A stretch of 64,000 bases of DNA from contig CDRNST010000018.1 in the NCBI GenBank assembly GCA_977016875.1, forward strand, positions 248,001 through 312,000, given 5' to 3'. This DNA comes from Pavona decussata. Its lineage: Eukaryota. Shown here in pieces: positions 35,779 through 47,778 of this stretch; the first letter of the stretch is position 1, and every line of letters starts with the position of its first letter. Below the pieces are notes generated by a model that was given only the letters and a program-made list of their open reading frames with translations, had not been told where the DNA came from and made no database searches. A program made the translations under genes and the position numbers.

Positions 35779-38700
35779 AGGCCGTGTAACCTTGTTTGTT
35801 TTTTGTATAGGCAAGTCCTAAGTACCCGCCGGGGGGGAACGGCAAAGCCTATTCCCTCCCAGTCTTTCTTTTTCTCACAAACGTTTTCTGTGTTCCTACC
35901 CTTGTGGTATGAAAAATTCTGTGAATGATCCCCAGCCTGGCTGGGCCGATGTTGTTGATGCGAAATTGCCTGCACAACCTTTGTTCGCTCACGTTGTTGG
36001 GCGCCCCCATCATGGTAGTGAGTCTTCCGATATGGATCTTGATGGCGATGCGCACTTTTATTGATATGAAAGCCGCCTTGGAGACGAAGATAAAGAAAAT
36101 ATACATCCATTTAACCTTTTGCCCGAACGACCCTGTACAGCCCACTTTAATCTACGAAGCAAGGACCTGCCTACCTCAGCAGTTTTCGATGATCTCAAGA
36201 ACTGCGGTATCCGTGCTGCTGGTGTCCGCTGCCTGCAATGCACACCGAATGGCTTCGTGACTGTCACATTTTCCCCGCAGATTATCGCTCTTTGTTTCTC
36301 AAAAAATCTGCCTAAATTCCGAAGCGGTTCTCTTCTTCTCGTCCTGGTACCTCTACGACTAAATCGCCCTTCACCTTCGTTGCTGTATACGACCTCCCCT
36401 ACGAGCTGCTGGACAGCACCTTAAAAAAACACCTCAGTCGCTATGGAAACGTCTGTAATATCCGTTGTTGTGGCCTCCAGGGCTATGAAGGTGTCCAAAA
36501 CGGAACCAGAGTGATTAAAATGGAACTTCAGCAATCTATCCCGTCCTTCTTATGTTTTGGCCGCTGCCTCGCCCGTGTGAAACATGATGGTCAGGTCCCT
36601 ACCCCTAACGACACCACCATGTCGCCCGCGCATGCCTCAACTTGGTGTGCTTTAACTGCGACCAGTTAGGACACACCTACCGGGACTGCACAGAATCTAC
36701 CAAATGTAGCATTTGTAAGGAGGACGGCCACTATGCCGTGGACTGCCCCCTCTCCTGGTGGCGTCGCCCTACCTCCCACCGTGATGAGCAAGCCCAAGAC
36801 CAAAGTGATGCGGCCCCTTTGGCTAGCGCAGATGTTAACACCGCCGCTGACCACAATACAACTTCGCCCGCTGATAATACCTTGCACCTTCCTGTGCCTA
36901 CTCCTACTGTCCCTGAACCTGGTGTTACTTCGAATCCTGAGTCGTCGTACAGTGAGTCTTCACTACTCACGTCTTCTTTCACGTCTTCTCTACCAGTTCC
37001 TGTTTCCCCGGAAGAGTCACAGGACTCCCAGCCACAATCTCAGTCTATCCTGTTGGATCCTTCTCTGATTACGCAACCATCCTCGTCTTCTGAACCGCCT
37101 GACCCGGGGTCTACACTTGTTTTGTTTTCACCACCTATGGACTCCCCTACCTCTGCCCCTGACTCTCAGAACTCCACTAGTGATTCGGACATTGCTTTGG
37201 CCGCCATGGATGTTACCGAGACGCCAGATGATCCGGTGCGTACCCGTTCTTCCTCCTTGGTCAAACGTAAGCTGGCTAGGGTGGACCCTTCTCAGCCCCC
37301 CCCCCCCCCCCTGCCCGGAAAGCTACTGCTCCATATCCAGTTAGTAATCCGCGGAAAAAGCCTAATAATCCTCCACCTTTGTGAATTTTAAATTCCTCTC
37401 TCTAAACTCGCGAGGTTTTGTCCAGCGTTTTCGAGATTACCTTTTAGACAATCTCCGTTCAACCTCCGACGTTTTCTGTTTACAGGAAACTCAGATTTCG
37501 GACGCAAAAGTCTTCCAAGATTTTTCTGATGCTTGGCGCGGGCCCTGTTTTTGGTCACCCACTATCGGCAAACAAGCTGGTGTGCTTACTTGTATCAAAG
37601 AATCTTCTCTAATCACAGTCAAAACCTGGAAGAGAGATACCTCGGGGAGGATTATTAGTCTTCTTCTTGACTTTGATGGTTGTATTATTAATCTTTTAAA
37701 TATTTATGCCCCCACGAATTTGACTAAACGGAAAGTTTTCTTTGTAACCTTGCATGAATATTTTTTGCCGTCCGACTCCCGTGTTATTGCAGGCGATTTT
37801 AATTGTTATGAGAGTCAGTTGGATAAATCTGGAGGGAATTATGTTCCTGTCACTTATCTCTCTGACGTCGGATCTGCCTTTTCACTTTGTGATGCCTGGC
37901 GCCGCCTACACCCGAGGCTACGTCAGTGCACATGGTTCAATTCCGATTTTTCTATTGGATCTCGTTTAGACAAATTCTTTGTTTTGAACACGCTTATGGC
38001 TGCTATCATTTCCTGCGAAATATCGCCGTGTGTTTTCTCTGATCATGATTTCGTTTGTCTTTCCATCCAACCTGATGACAATACCTGTCACGGCCCTGGC
38101 TTATGGAAATTCAATTCCTCACTATTGGACGATAGTGATTTTACCGATTATATTTCAAATTCTATTCGTGACCTCGCTACGTGTCTCGAACACTTTTCGA
38201 CAGTCAAATCTTGGTGGGACTTTTTTAACACCTCCATTAAGTCTGATATTATTTCCTTTTCTAAGCACAAGCGTAGAGACCTCGCGCGATCGTGTACCTT
38301 TGGTTAATGAAATCATCAGTCTTAAGCTTCGAAAGTGTCACCGGCTTTCTGCCGGCGACACTTTCGTTGCCGATGACCTTTGCGATCTCGAAAATCAGCT
38401 TAAAGCCTTAACCCTGCGGGACTTGGAGGGTTCTAAACTCCGCTCTCGGGTTTTGTGGTTCGAGGAGGGTGAAAAGCCCACCCACTATTTCTTCAAACTC
38501 GAACGCGTGGATCGTAACACCGTTACTTCCATTCTCAACTCCGACGATGTGGAAGTTTTTTCACGCCAGGAAATTGAACAAGTACATGTAGATTTCTACA
38601 CCAATCTTTTTTCTGAGGAGCCTACTGACCCCGTCTGTACCAAACGTTGTTAAGATTGCCTTGCGCGCTTTCTATCTCCTACGCAAAGCGACTCGTGCGA

Positions 38701-39828
38701 GGGGTCTCTATCCTTGAACGAACTCACTAATTCTTTAAAGAGCCTGAACACGGGAAAGTCTCCGGGATCTGACGGACTCGGACTTCCCGCGGAATTCTAC
38801 TTGAAATTCTGGGAGATTTTGGGTCCCCTCCTGCTCCGGGTTGCAGAGCAATGTTTCCCTGACGGTGGGCTTTGCGAAACTATGAAAGCCAGTGTTACCC
38901 GGTTAATTTACAAGAAACGCAGCGATATTAAGAACTTGAAAAATTGGTGTCCCATCTCTCTGCTAAATGTAGACTATAAGATTATTTCAAAGGCAATTAC
39001 CACACGTTTATCCAACGTTATTGAACATATCGTTCATCCTGACCAGACCTGTTCTGTTATAGGTCGTAGTATATTTTCGAACCTTACCCTACTGCGTGAT
39101 AGTCTGGACTACATTCAGCGGACTGATGAGTCAGTCTTGACCAAGAAAAGGCCTTCGACCGAGTGAACCGTTCCTTCTTGCTCCAACTCCTTAATGTTTA
39201 CGGTTTTGGTCCTGACTTCTGCCGCTGGATTTCTACTTTTTACAACGAGGCTTTCATGCAAATTATACTCAATAACTGGCTCACCACGGAAATTTCCCTC
39301 GACCGCAGCGTACGCCAGGGGGACCCCTTGTCTCCCCTACTTTACGTCCTTTGCACGGAAGTTCTCGCCACTCTTGTTAGATCTTCTCCCGAGATTGAGG
39401 GTTTCTTACTCCCAGGAGCTAAGGGGCAGCAAACCCGGATACGATTGTATGCAGATGATACCACGGCCATTCTCCGCGATCTTCGATCCCTTGCGCTCAT
39501 GTTTGATTGCGTGACTATCTATGAAAATGGCACGGGCGCCAAACTCAACCGCAGTAAAACAGAAGCTATGTGGCTTGGGGCCTGGAGATCTCGTTCCGAG
39601 CATCTCGGCCTCACGTGGGTTACACAGATAAAGATCTTAGGCGCTGTTTTCGGGACGGTCCCCACCCAACAACTTAACTGGACTCCCAAATTAGAGAAGT
39701 TTGAGAAATCCCTCAATCTCTGGAAGTCCTGATCCCTGTCGTTCCCTCATAAGGCTCTTATTATTAACACTCTCATTTTAAGCCGGGTCGATGCTTTAAT
39801 TTAGCCTTTCCTTTGGGGCTCTAAAATT
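35779..39828 (+). mobile_element. U2-targeted Tx1 element, lineage B copy 1 (3'-truncated after RT)
   Basis: ORF1 with CFNCDQLGHTYRDC and CSICKEDGHYAVDC. ORF2 from 37381 (SLNSRG, LQET, GDFN, SDHD, RQGDPLSP, YADD) breaks off at 39828. Confidence 0.9.
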
Positions 39829-42683
39829 TAGTTAGTTGGATTTTGTGGCTGATTTGTACTTTCACCGCATAAGTCCAAGATGGCTGCGGCGGCCGCGAGG
39901 CCTCCGCGAGCCACGTTTGCTCACCAAAAAACCGTCTGTTTGGTCGTCGAGGACTCAATGGAGGTGGACGCCATGTCTATTGTCACTGCTTTGCCTGATT
40001 TTTGCGACGAAATCGTCGGGGTCGTTCCACAGTTCGGGGGAAAGTGTTTCGACATTACCCCTTACCAAGTTCATTGCGCTGCGCCCTCCTTACCACCTAC
40101 TGTGAAAGTTACCCTAAGTGCTTAAAATGATAGTTACCATTGTCCGTTTCGTTTGTCCTTTTCGCACAGCTATCATGGCATGCTAATGCATATTATATTA
40201 GAAGATTAGCTCAATCGGTTGTAAAGGCGTTGAGATATGACATTTTAAAATTTTGAAAAAGTAAGGGCAGGAACTATCACTTGTTAAATGGCCTGGAAGC
40301 CGATATTTTGGAAAATAACGCTTGATTTAGATGCCTTTACGGCCCTGAAATACTCCCCTTCTTAACCTGGCTTTTTTGAAAGGAGTTATAAAACTTTCAA
40401 AAAAATCGGTAGGCTAAATATATGAGTACAAGGTATTGTGACCTAGAAAATCATGCTAACTCTAATTCTTGTACTTTTTTGAGTATAACTCAGTTACATT
40501 TTAGGGCAACTTCACAATTTTTTTTGGAGATATAGCACAATGTCTTAGCTATCTTTTGGTGTTTATTTTATGTCATTTGGTGCAGGGGTTGTGATTTTAA
40601 AAACGTTTTTGTGACACCCTCTAAATATCAAAAATTCGGTAAGGTGGGCGCACTTTTAGGTTAAAATCGCAAAATTGAAAAACACCTCTTTACTAGCAAT
40701 AGTAATGCTTAATATTTTGTATAGAAATAAACCTTATTACCTAATATCTATATTGAAAATTTGGCAACGTTTTACTTTAATCTCAATTTTTGGTGAATTT
40801 TCTTGTGTCCAGACATGTAAGGCGAGCGCAGTTTTAGGCTTCACTTAGCCTATACTTTAGATATGAATAACACCTCTAAAACGAATGCTAAGAAGCTGTA
40901 CTCTTCAGCATATTTGCACACACAAAAGGTTAGTATAATGCCATGATCAGAAATAGCAGGGATGAGCATGGGAGATCTACATGCTAACGATTAGTATCTA
41001 TACTTTCTCGGTTTTTTCTTACCTCAACTTATGATACCACGCCCCCTTGACAAATATCTCCAGACAAGTTGTTGCCAAATTATGATAGCCAAGGTCTTAA
41101 GCAAGCGGTATGCCAAATTTCAAGCTCTAATATTAAAACCAAAAAAAAATTGTGATTTAATAAAACTCGTGAAATCTTACATGAAGTATCAGTCTTCACA
41201 AGCCTTGGTTAGGTGAGTACATGCTTTTTTGGCTCCGTAAATTGATACTTTTTGCACCCTTAGGAGATTACATAGAACCAATTCAACTACCAGGAAAGGT
41301 ACCTAAGGCACTTAAGCATCTGCAGAGTGGGTTTTTTTTCTGGTTGGACAAAATTGGTTGTGTGTAATCTCTACCTGAAGTTAAGGGTGCTCTGTATTAT
41401 ATTAATGACATTGTGGGACCTCGTTACTAGAACTTGAGGACCTTAAATGATATTGATGTGTTAGATAACATTGAAAGGAACAGTTTGGTGTTGGTTTTGT
41501 AGAAAACGGTTCAGCCGTTACTGATTTATGATGTTAATAAATGCAGACAGTTTCATGATGAATACTGACGTCATTTCTACACTAAATTGTAACCTATTTA
41601 TACCAGTCGATTGCTTGTATTGTGATCTGTCTGCATACCAAATTTCGTTGCAAATGGTTAAATCCCGTAAGAGTTTTTAGCGGTTAAAGTTTTTACCCAA
41701 GAATCCCTTTCGTACTGTGTGCTCGGTTAGCCTGGACCCGAAAATCTTTAACCGTTAATAACTTTTGTTGGATTTAACGCCAAGGCTTGATATTTACTGG
41801 CTAAATAGACTGTGATAAGAGCTATCAGCAGGTGTAATTTCAATCATTGAAGTCTCAATGTTGATGACTTATGATGTCACGTGTTTTTCAACTTTTGTCT
41901 CAATTTTTCTTTCAACTCAACACCAGGAAGTGACAAACTTATACCACCTTGTAGCTCTTAACGCATGCTATTAGTGCAGTAAATATCTGTAAACTTGATT
42001 AAAATGCTGTAGAGATATTAATGGTTAAAGTCGTATTCCAGTTCAGTTTAGCTAAACTTTAATCATGTAAATCTCGAATGGGTTTTAATGCCTTGGCTTG
42101 ATATTTGAGTGACAGTTTAAGTGTTCTCCAGACTCCGCAACTGTACCTTCGAATCTGGGTCTAATCTAATCATTGACATGTATAACCATGACTTGATGTC
42201 CACAGCTAGGTAACAAGAAATTTTTGGAAATCTCAATGGCTTTTTCCAAGCTCGTTAACTCGACCAGCAGGATCATCGCTGGAGATGACAAGGAGGAACG
42301 ACAACTCAGGCTGCAGCCCATTCCAGTCTCTATACCAAAGGCAGAGATTTCCAAGCTGGAATTCGAAGTGCAGCAGCAGCAATTTTCCGAATTGGCGGCA
42401 GCTGGAAAGGCACTTGGGATGGGAAGCCTGCAGATGTGAGTGACCACCTGCTTGAGTTTGTTGAACGCCTTGAGCGTTCAGCATTTCAAGCACCAACTAA
42501 GTCCTGTCACTGTCCAACCTCAAGATTACCCCCAGTCCATGAATGGGCTACTAGTCGAGCTTGAAGGAGGCGTGGTGCTAGCAGAAATGAAATTAAGGCC
42601 TAGGGTTGCTGGCAAAAGTGTAAGTGACGACATTGGTTCAGTTGTTGGTAGAAATGATGATGAAGCAACTGTGGTGATGGGAG

Positions 42684-45448
42684 ATGATGCTGGAGATGAC
42701 AAAGATGATGGTGTTGGTGAAGTTGGCGGCCCAGATGGTGATGGTGTCGGTGAAGTTGGCGGCCCAGACGGGGATGATAGTGTTGGTGATCCAGATGGTG
42801 ATGGTGGCTGTTCAGATGGGGATGATAGTGGAGGCGAAGAGGCAGATAAGTGTTGAGCAGGCTGGGGATGACGAAAGTAAGGACAGCATGAAGAACTATC
42901 AGGGCAAAAGCCACAACAAGAGAAGGAAACGTCCACTCTGTGACTTTTTTGGAGTGCACCTTGGTCGTCACCTTGCCTCTATCCATCCAGAACAACCCTC
43001 TACAGCCGAACTGCGTGCGCGCCTTGTCTACAAAGCAGACGTCGAGGAGGGAAAAAGGAAGGGGAAGAAGATGACCCTAAACAACCCTCATGAGCGGCTC
43101 TATCAGTGTGGCCTCCCTAACTGCACCCAAATTGTCAGCAGAATGGGCCAGCATCTGAAGAGGGCGCACAAGATAACGGAGCGTGGCAAGCTGGAAGCTG
43201 CAAGGAAAAAGTTCACCAAACTGTGTGGACAAACGTCTAGGCGTGAGCAGCCTAAGAAGCCATCCCAGACCTCAGGGTCTAAAGGTGTGCAGCCTAAAAA
43301 GCCATCCCAGACGTCACTGTCTAGTTGTGAACAGCCTAACAAGCCATCCAAGTCATCGTCTCTACCTCAAACCCGCAAGAGAAGCTTACGCCCCAAACTC
43401 AGGAATCCAAAACGAAACCCAAAGAGGAAGAAAGTTGAAGAGGAAACCTCCACAGAAGAGTCGGAAACAGAGGTCGAATACCAGGACGATTCCGCAGATG
43501 ATGACATCCCTGATGCTGACGAAGAGGAGGAGGAAGAGAAACAGGAAGAGGGAGATGAAGAGAAAGAGGAGGACGAAGACGAAGGGGAAGAGGAGGAGAA
43601 AGAGAAACAGGAAGAGGAGGATGAAGAGAAAGAGGAGGACGAAGAGGAAGACGAAGAGGAAGAGGAAGAGGAGGAGCCACCTAAACTTGAGGAACATTAA
43701 CGGGTGAAGTGGGGGCAATACTATCGGGATTCCAAGCGAAATAGAGCAGCAAGGGAGCACCTCATCTCCACGTTCTTCAAGTATCTCTTGCACCAAAAGG
43801 AGGGTGTCACTCTGAAGAACTGGCCCTCATCCACACTCGGCAGGTTCACATCATCCTAGACACACTAGACGAGAATGGGTCCAACCTTGAGTGCCTTATC
43901 AGAAATGACGGAATTGATATTTGGGACAAGTTCGCTGCGCCCAAACTCCAAAACAAGGAGCTCAACGGCAACACAATCAAAGTCTACCTTAGAAGTTTAG
44001 AGCATTTCTCCAAATTCATCCAGAAAAACCTATTCTACAAAAAAGATCTATTGACTGAATCTGAGAGGCAGGCTATATCAAGTCTTAAAGACCGCCTTCC
44101 CGACTACAGGTCAACAATACACCAAAGGACAGCTTCACAGACAACAAGGAAAGTTGAAGAAGCGTATAAGAAGATAAGACCTGAGAACATCCGGCAGTTT
44201 GTAACCTCAGACCTTGCGAAGAAAGCCATCAAACTGTTAGGTGAAGCCATTCATAACCGCCTCCTCACAAAAAATGGATTCACTGTGGTGAGGGACTTTC
44301 TCATAGTAACGGCCCTCTATGAGAATGGAGCACGCCCTGGTCCTTTAGAGAATGCCAAACTATCAAGGTTCTACAAAGCAGAGTATACTGAATCCACAAA
44401 GTGCTGGACGATCCTGGTGGATGAGCACAAGACCACCCGTCACCAAGGGCCAGCTGAAATCGCCATGGATGATCGCCTCTACGGATATAGAAAACTTTAC
44501 GCGCAGCACATTCGTCCCTGCTTTGTCGCTGTAGGCAAGGAATACCTCTTCATTACGGACGATGGCGAGGCATTTAAAAAGGGAACCATTGGCCGTCGGA
44601 TTACAGAAGTGTTTCGCCAAGAGGGCGTCAGGCAGGATGTTAGAGTAACAGCAACTTACATCCGTAAGCTGTATTCGACAAGTGTCGCTGAGATGTCTCC
44701 CACAAAGAAGCAAACAATCAACGCGCACATGAAGCACAAGGAGTCAAGGGCTGATTCCAACTATGTCATCAAAGTTAACACAAAGCAGGCAACACCTGCA
44801 CGTCAACTAATGCGCAGCATCATCGATGATGCCCTGACTAACCATAAACCAGATGACCAACAGCCTTCAACCAGCGCTGCTAGGGACTCCGATGATGAAG
44901 ACGATGACATACCATTACATTATGTTTTTCCTCCGAGCGCAACCCAAACAGTGCCTGGCCAGCAAGGTACCACCGAGGACAAGCACAACCCCCTGACCAC
45001 AGATATCAAGGTCGTCATAGTCAGTGTCTTCAAGCAAGAGATTGAAGCTGGAAGGCTACTCACAAGCCATGAGGTCCGAAAGAAGATGCGCGAAGACCTC
45101 CACTAAAGAGCTTTTGTTGTCCATAAGGACAAAGTTAAAAAGATCTGTGACTTTGTGAGGCACAAGACAACGTTGGTGAGGCAAGCCCAGCATATCATCC
45201 CAGAAGAGAACCAAGATGACCCTAACACCATTGTCACGTACTCCTCAGGAAGTAGGCGTCAGTGGGATGGAAACGCCACCATGGCCATTAAGAGGTTTGA
45301 CAAAGTGCCTAAAATGCCCAATCGTAGCACCATTCTGAACATGTTCGAGGATGACAAAGTTTTATCCCATATTCTTACCAACGAAGGGCCAGACAGATCC
45401 TATGAAAAAGTAAAGAACATCTACAGAAAAAGAGCACTCAAAAAGTAA
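42684..45448 (+). pseudogene. Zinc-finger + acidic tract + tyrosine recombinase (degenerate)
   Basis: C2H2-like CDFFGVHLGRHLASIH and CGLPNCTQIVSRMGQHLKRAH, poly-E tract, core-binding-like TIKVYLRSLEHF, and candidate catalytic residues NGARPG (R), HKT (K), YIRK (R), HMKH (H), DSNY (Y). Confidence 0.78.
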
Positions 45449-46114
45449 ACAGTGTAAAAAAATAAAACAAACAAAACAAAAAAAAAACTAACTCTAACAC
45501 TAACACTAACCCTAAACAAAAAAGCCTATGACATCCTGGCAACAATGAGTCGGGCTGGTTACCCGATGATATCCCCTGCAAGTCTGAGATATTCGTCTGG
45601 GAGAAAACACGAGCTGGGGTAGCCAACCCCTGGGGAGTGCCCCATGAATATTCTCAGTCTTCAGGATAATACTCTTGTCGTTTGATACGACAAGGGGGGG
45701 ACGAGGAAACCAATTATGCGAATCTTTCCATCCCTGTATACCATTGAAGATGGTTCCGTCACTTGCTCCTTTGTATCTCTCCAAGATATAAACAAAACAG
45801 ACATTAACATGAGAAGAATTTTTCCGCGTCAAGGACCCGTGAAATCTCTTTATGTTTTAAATTAAATGGTTAAGTGTATGTACCGTGAGGTACGTTATCT
45901 AATACATGAAAAGACACGTTGGTGTCATCAGCTAGCTACTCAATGTGTATGGGAAATACCTTCTCAAACTTTCACAAAATGTAAGTTGGGCGCAAAATAA
46001 AAAAATTCGTAAAAAAATAAAGACTTTGTCTACCTAGAAGAAAACTACATCAAACAGATGGCCTTGAAGTAGACTTTAATTCTGCATAGTTTTAAAACCG
46101 ATTCCCATAAATAC

Positions 46115-46251
46115 GTAAGGTAAGCGTACTGTAAGGACGGCGCAGTAAGGTGAGCGCACACGTAAGCGAGCGCAGGGTAAGGAGAGCGCAAACAATGTAA
46201 GGAGGGCGCAAACAATGTAAGGAGAGCGGAAAAAAAAGTAAGGAGAGCGCA
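46115..46251. repeat. Subterminal array of GTAAGGAGAGCGCA-like motifs
   Basis: About 8 degenerate copies; an inverted copy TGCGCCCTCCTTAC lies at 40080-40093. Confidence 0.85.
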
Positions 46252-47476
46252 GATGCACCTGGCCTCCGATCTGTGGATTCGGCGACACAATTGGCCACCG
46301 CCGGATTTGATTACCTGAACAAGGTGAAACCTTTGCGGCTCTTGGGAGCCTGGACAATCCATGTATCCATTTTTATTTCGGTTGAATTTCCTGACAAGGA
46401 CCTGATATCCTTCTTAAAGCAATATGGTCAACTGACGACCGAAAACCTTCGCCGGCTATACTACAGCGACGAGGGATATGCAAACATCGAACGTGGCATT
46501 CGCGTCGCCGAATTTGTCTCCTTGGACCGCGATCTTCCGCAAAAGTTAGTGACACAGGGCCTCGAGATATTTTTTTAATATTCGGAACAGGCTGTGTCTT
46601 GCTACCGTTGTGGGTCCACAGACCACATCATCAACGATTGCCCTCGCCAACGCCGTGCGAGACCGCGAGAGCCACGTGCGCCCGAATCCGGGGGAGACAC
46701 AGCGGCTGATTAACCCACCCCCTCTACCCCAAATGAAACCGCCATGGACACCGAAATCTCGCCAACCAACGACACACCTACGTCTTCAAATTCTTCTGCA
46801 ACTCAAGCGACTCCCGCTTCCCAAGCAACACCATCGGCAAGCTATGCTGAAGCCGCCAATGTCACCCAGGAGCTTTTCACTGGTTCTCCCACCGAACCCT
46901 CGCGTAAGCGTGCCCCCTCATCCCCGGCTAAAGGCGAGCGGCCCGCGGCAAAAAAACTCCACACAACTTTCGCCTACTCCACCATTGCCTCAACGTCCAG
47001 AAAACCCTTTTCTAGCCTGCTTCATAAAAGCGCTGACAAAATCTGGCTCGTCCCGTACCAGGCTCATGACGAAGGTCACTGGGGAAGTTTACTACAACTT
47101 TCGCGCCCTGCATTTTTAACATACGTACGGAAACATCAAAGAAATGGACGAAAACACAGCCATTATGCGTCAGATCAGTAGTCCCGAAAAGGAACGCTGG
47201 AGCGAACTTGATGGCATTGCCCGCCAGGACGCTTTTGCGGACCTTGTCAAACACTGTGAAACTCTGCGCAAAAGTGATCCAAACCTATTTAGTAATTGGT
47301 CATGGCTATTTACTTGACTCTTTTATTTTTGTTTTGCTCATGGCGGTCTCTTTAGCAACCATTAACGTTAATGGTATTGCTGAGGCACCAAAACGGGCAA
47401 AGGTTTTTCATTCTCTACTTTCCAGTAATTTCGATATTTTTCTTCTGCAAGAAACACAACTTTCTAGTGATGTACA

Positions 47477-47778
47477 CCGTAATGTCCCCAAAGACCTTGA
47501 CAGAAATTTTTCTGTCCTTAAGAAGTGCATGAATAAGTTCGATTGCCTAGTTTACGAAATGTTGCTAATTAGAGAGTTAACACCATCTCTCAATATCCAA
47601 TCGGACTCAATTCAAGCTAAACTATTTACGTGACATTATATATTCAGACATTATGTTAATTTTTTTGGTGAACTATTTCTGACATTGACTTCAACTATTT
47701 CTATCACTTCGAACTTGATAATGGCGTCATGACGACCCCGAAACGTTGTTCCTTTTTATCGTTTATCTTTACTTGTCT
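47477..47778 (+). mobile_element. Penelope-like element 3' fragment (GIY-YIG C-terminus + pLTR), 7-bp TSD ATGTACA
   Basis: FSVLKKCMNKFDCLVYEMLLIRELTPSLNIQSDS. ATGTACA at 47470-47476 and 47779-47785; the empty site is present at 4944-4950. Confidence 0.85.
47690..47750 (+). ncRNA. Atypical minimal hammerhead-like motif in the Penelope-like fragment
   Basis: CTTGATAA-TGGCGTC..GACCCC-GAAACG: variant CUGANGA box, stem II and GAAA. Penelope pLTRs are known to carry minimal hammerheads. Confidence 0.5.

Larger units (their letters stand above)
40061..46262 (+). mobile_element. 6.2-kb insertion carrying a tyrosine-recombinase gene
   Basis: Splits GACATTACCC/TCCGATCTG, which is intact at 3728-3746, with CC duplicated. 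Inverted GTAAGGAGRGCGCA motifs occur at both ends. Confidence 0.75.

Noticed and set aside
42526-43796. Antisense Pro/Ser-, His- and Leu/Phe-rich ORFs
   Set aside because: Shadows of low-complexity acidic and Gly-Asp tracts on the plus strand.
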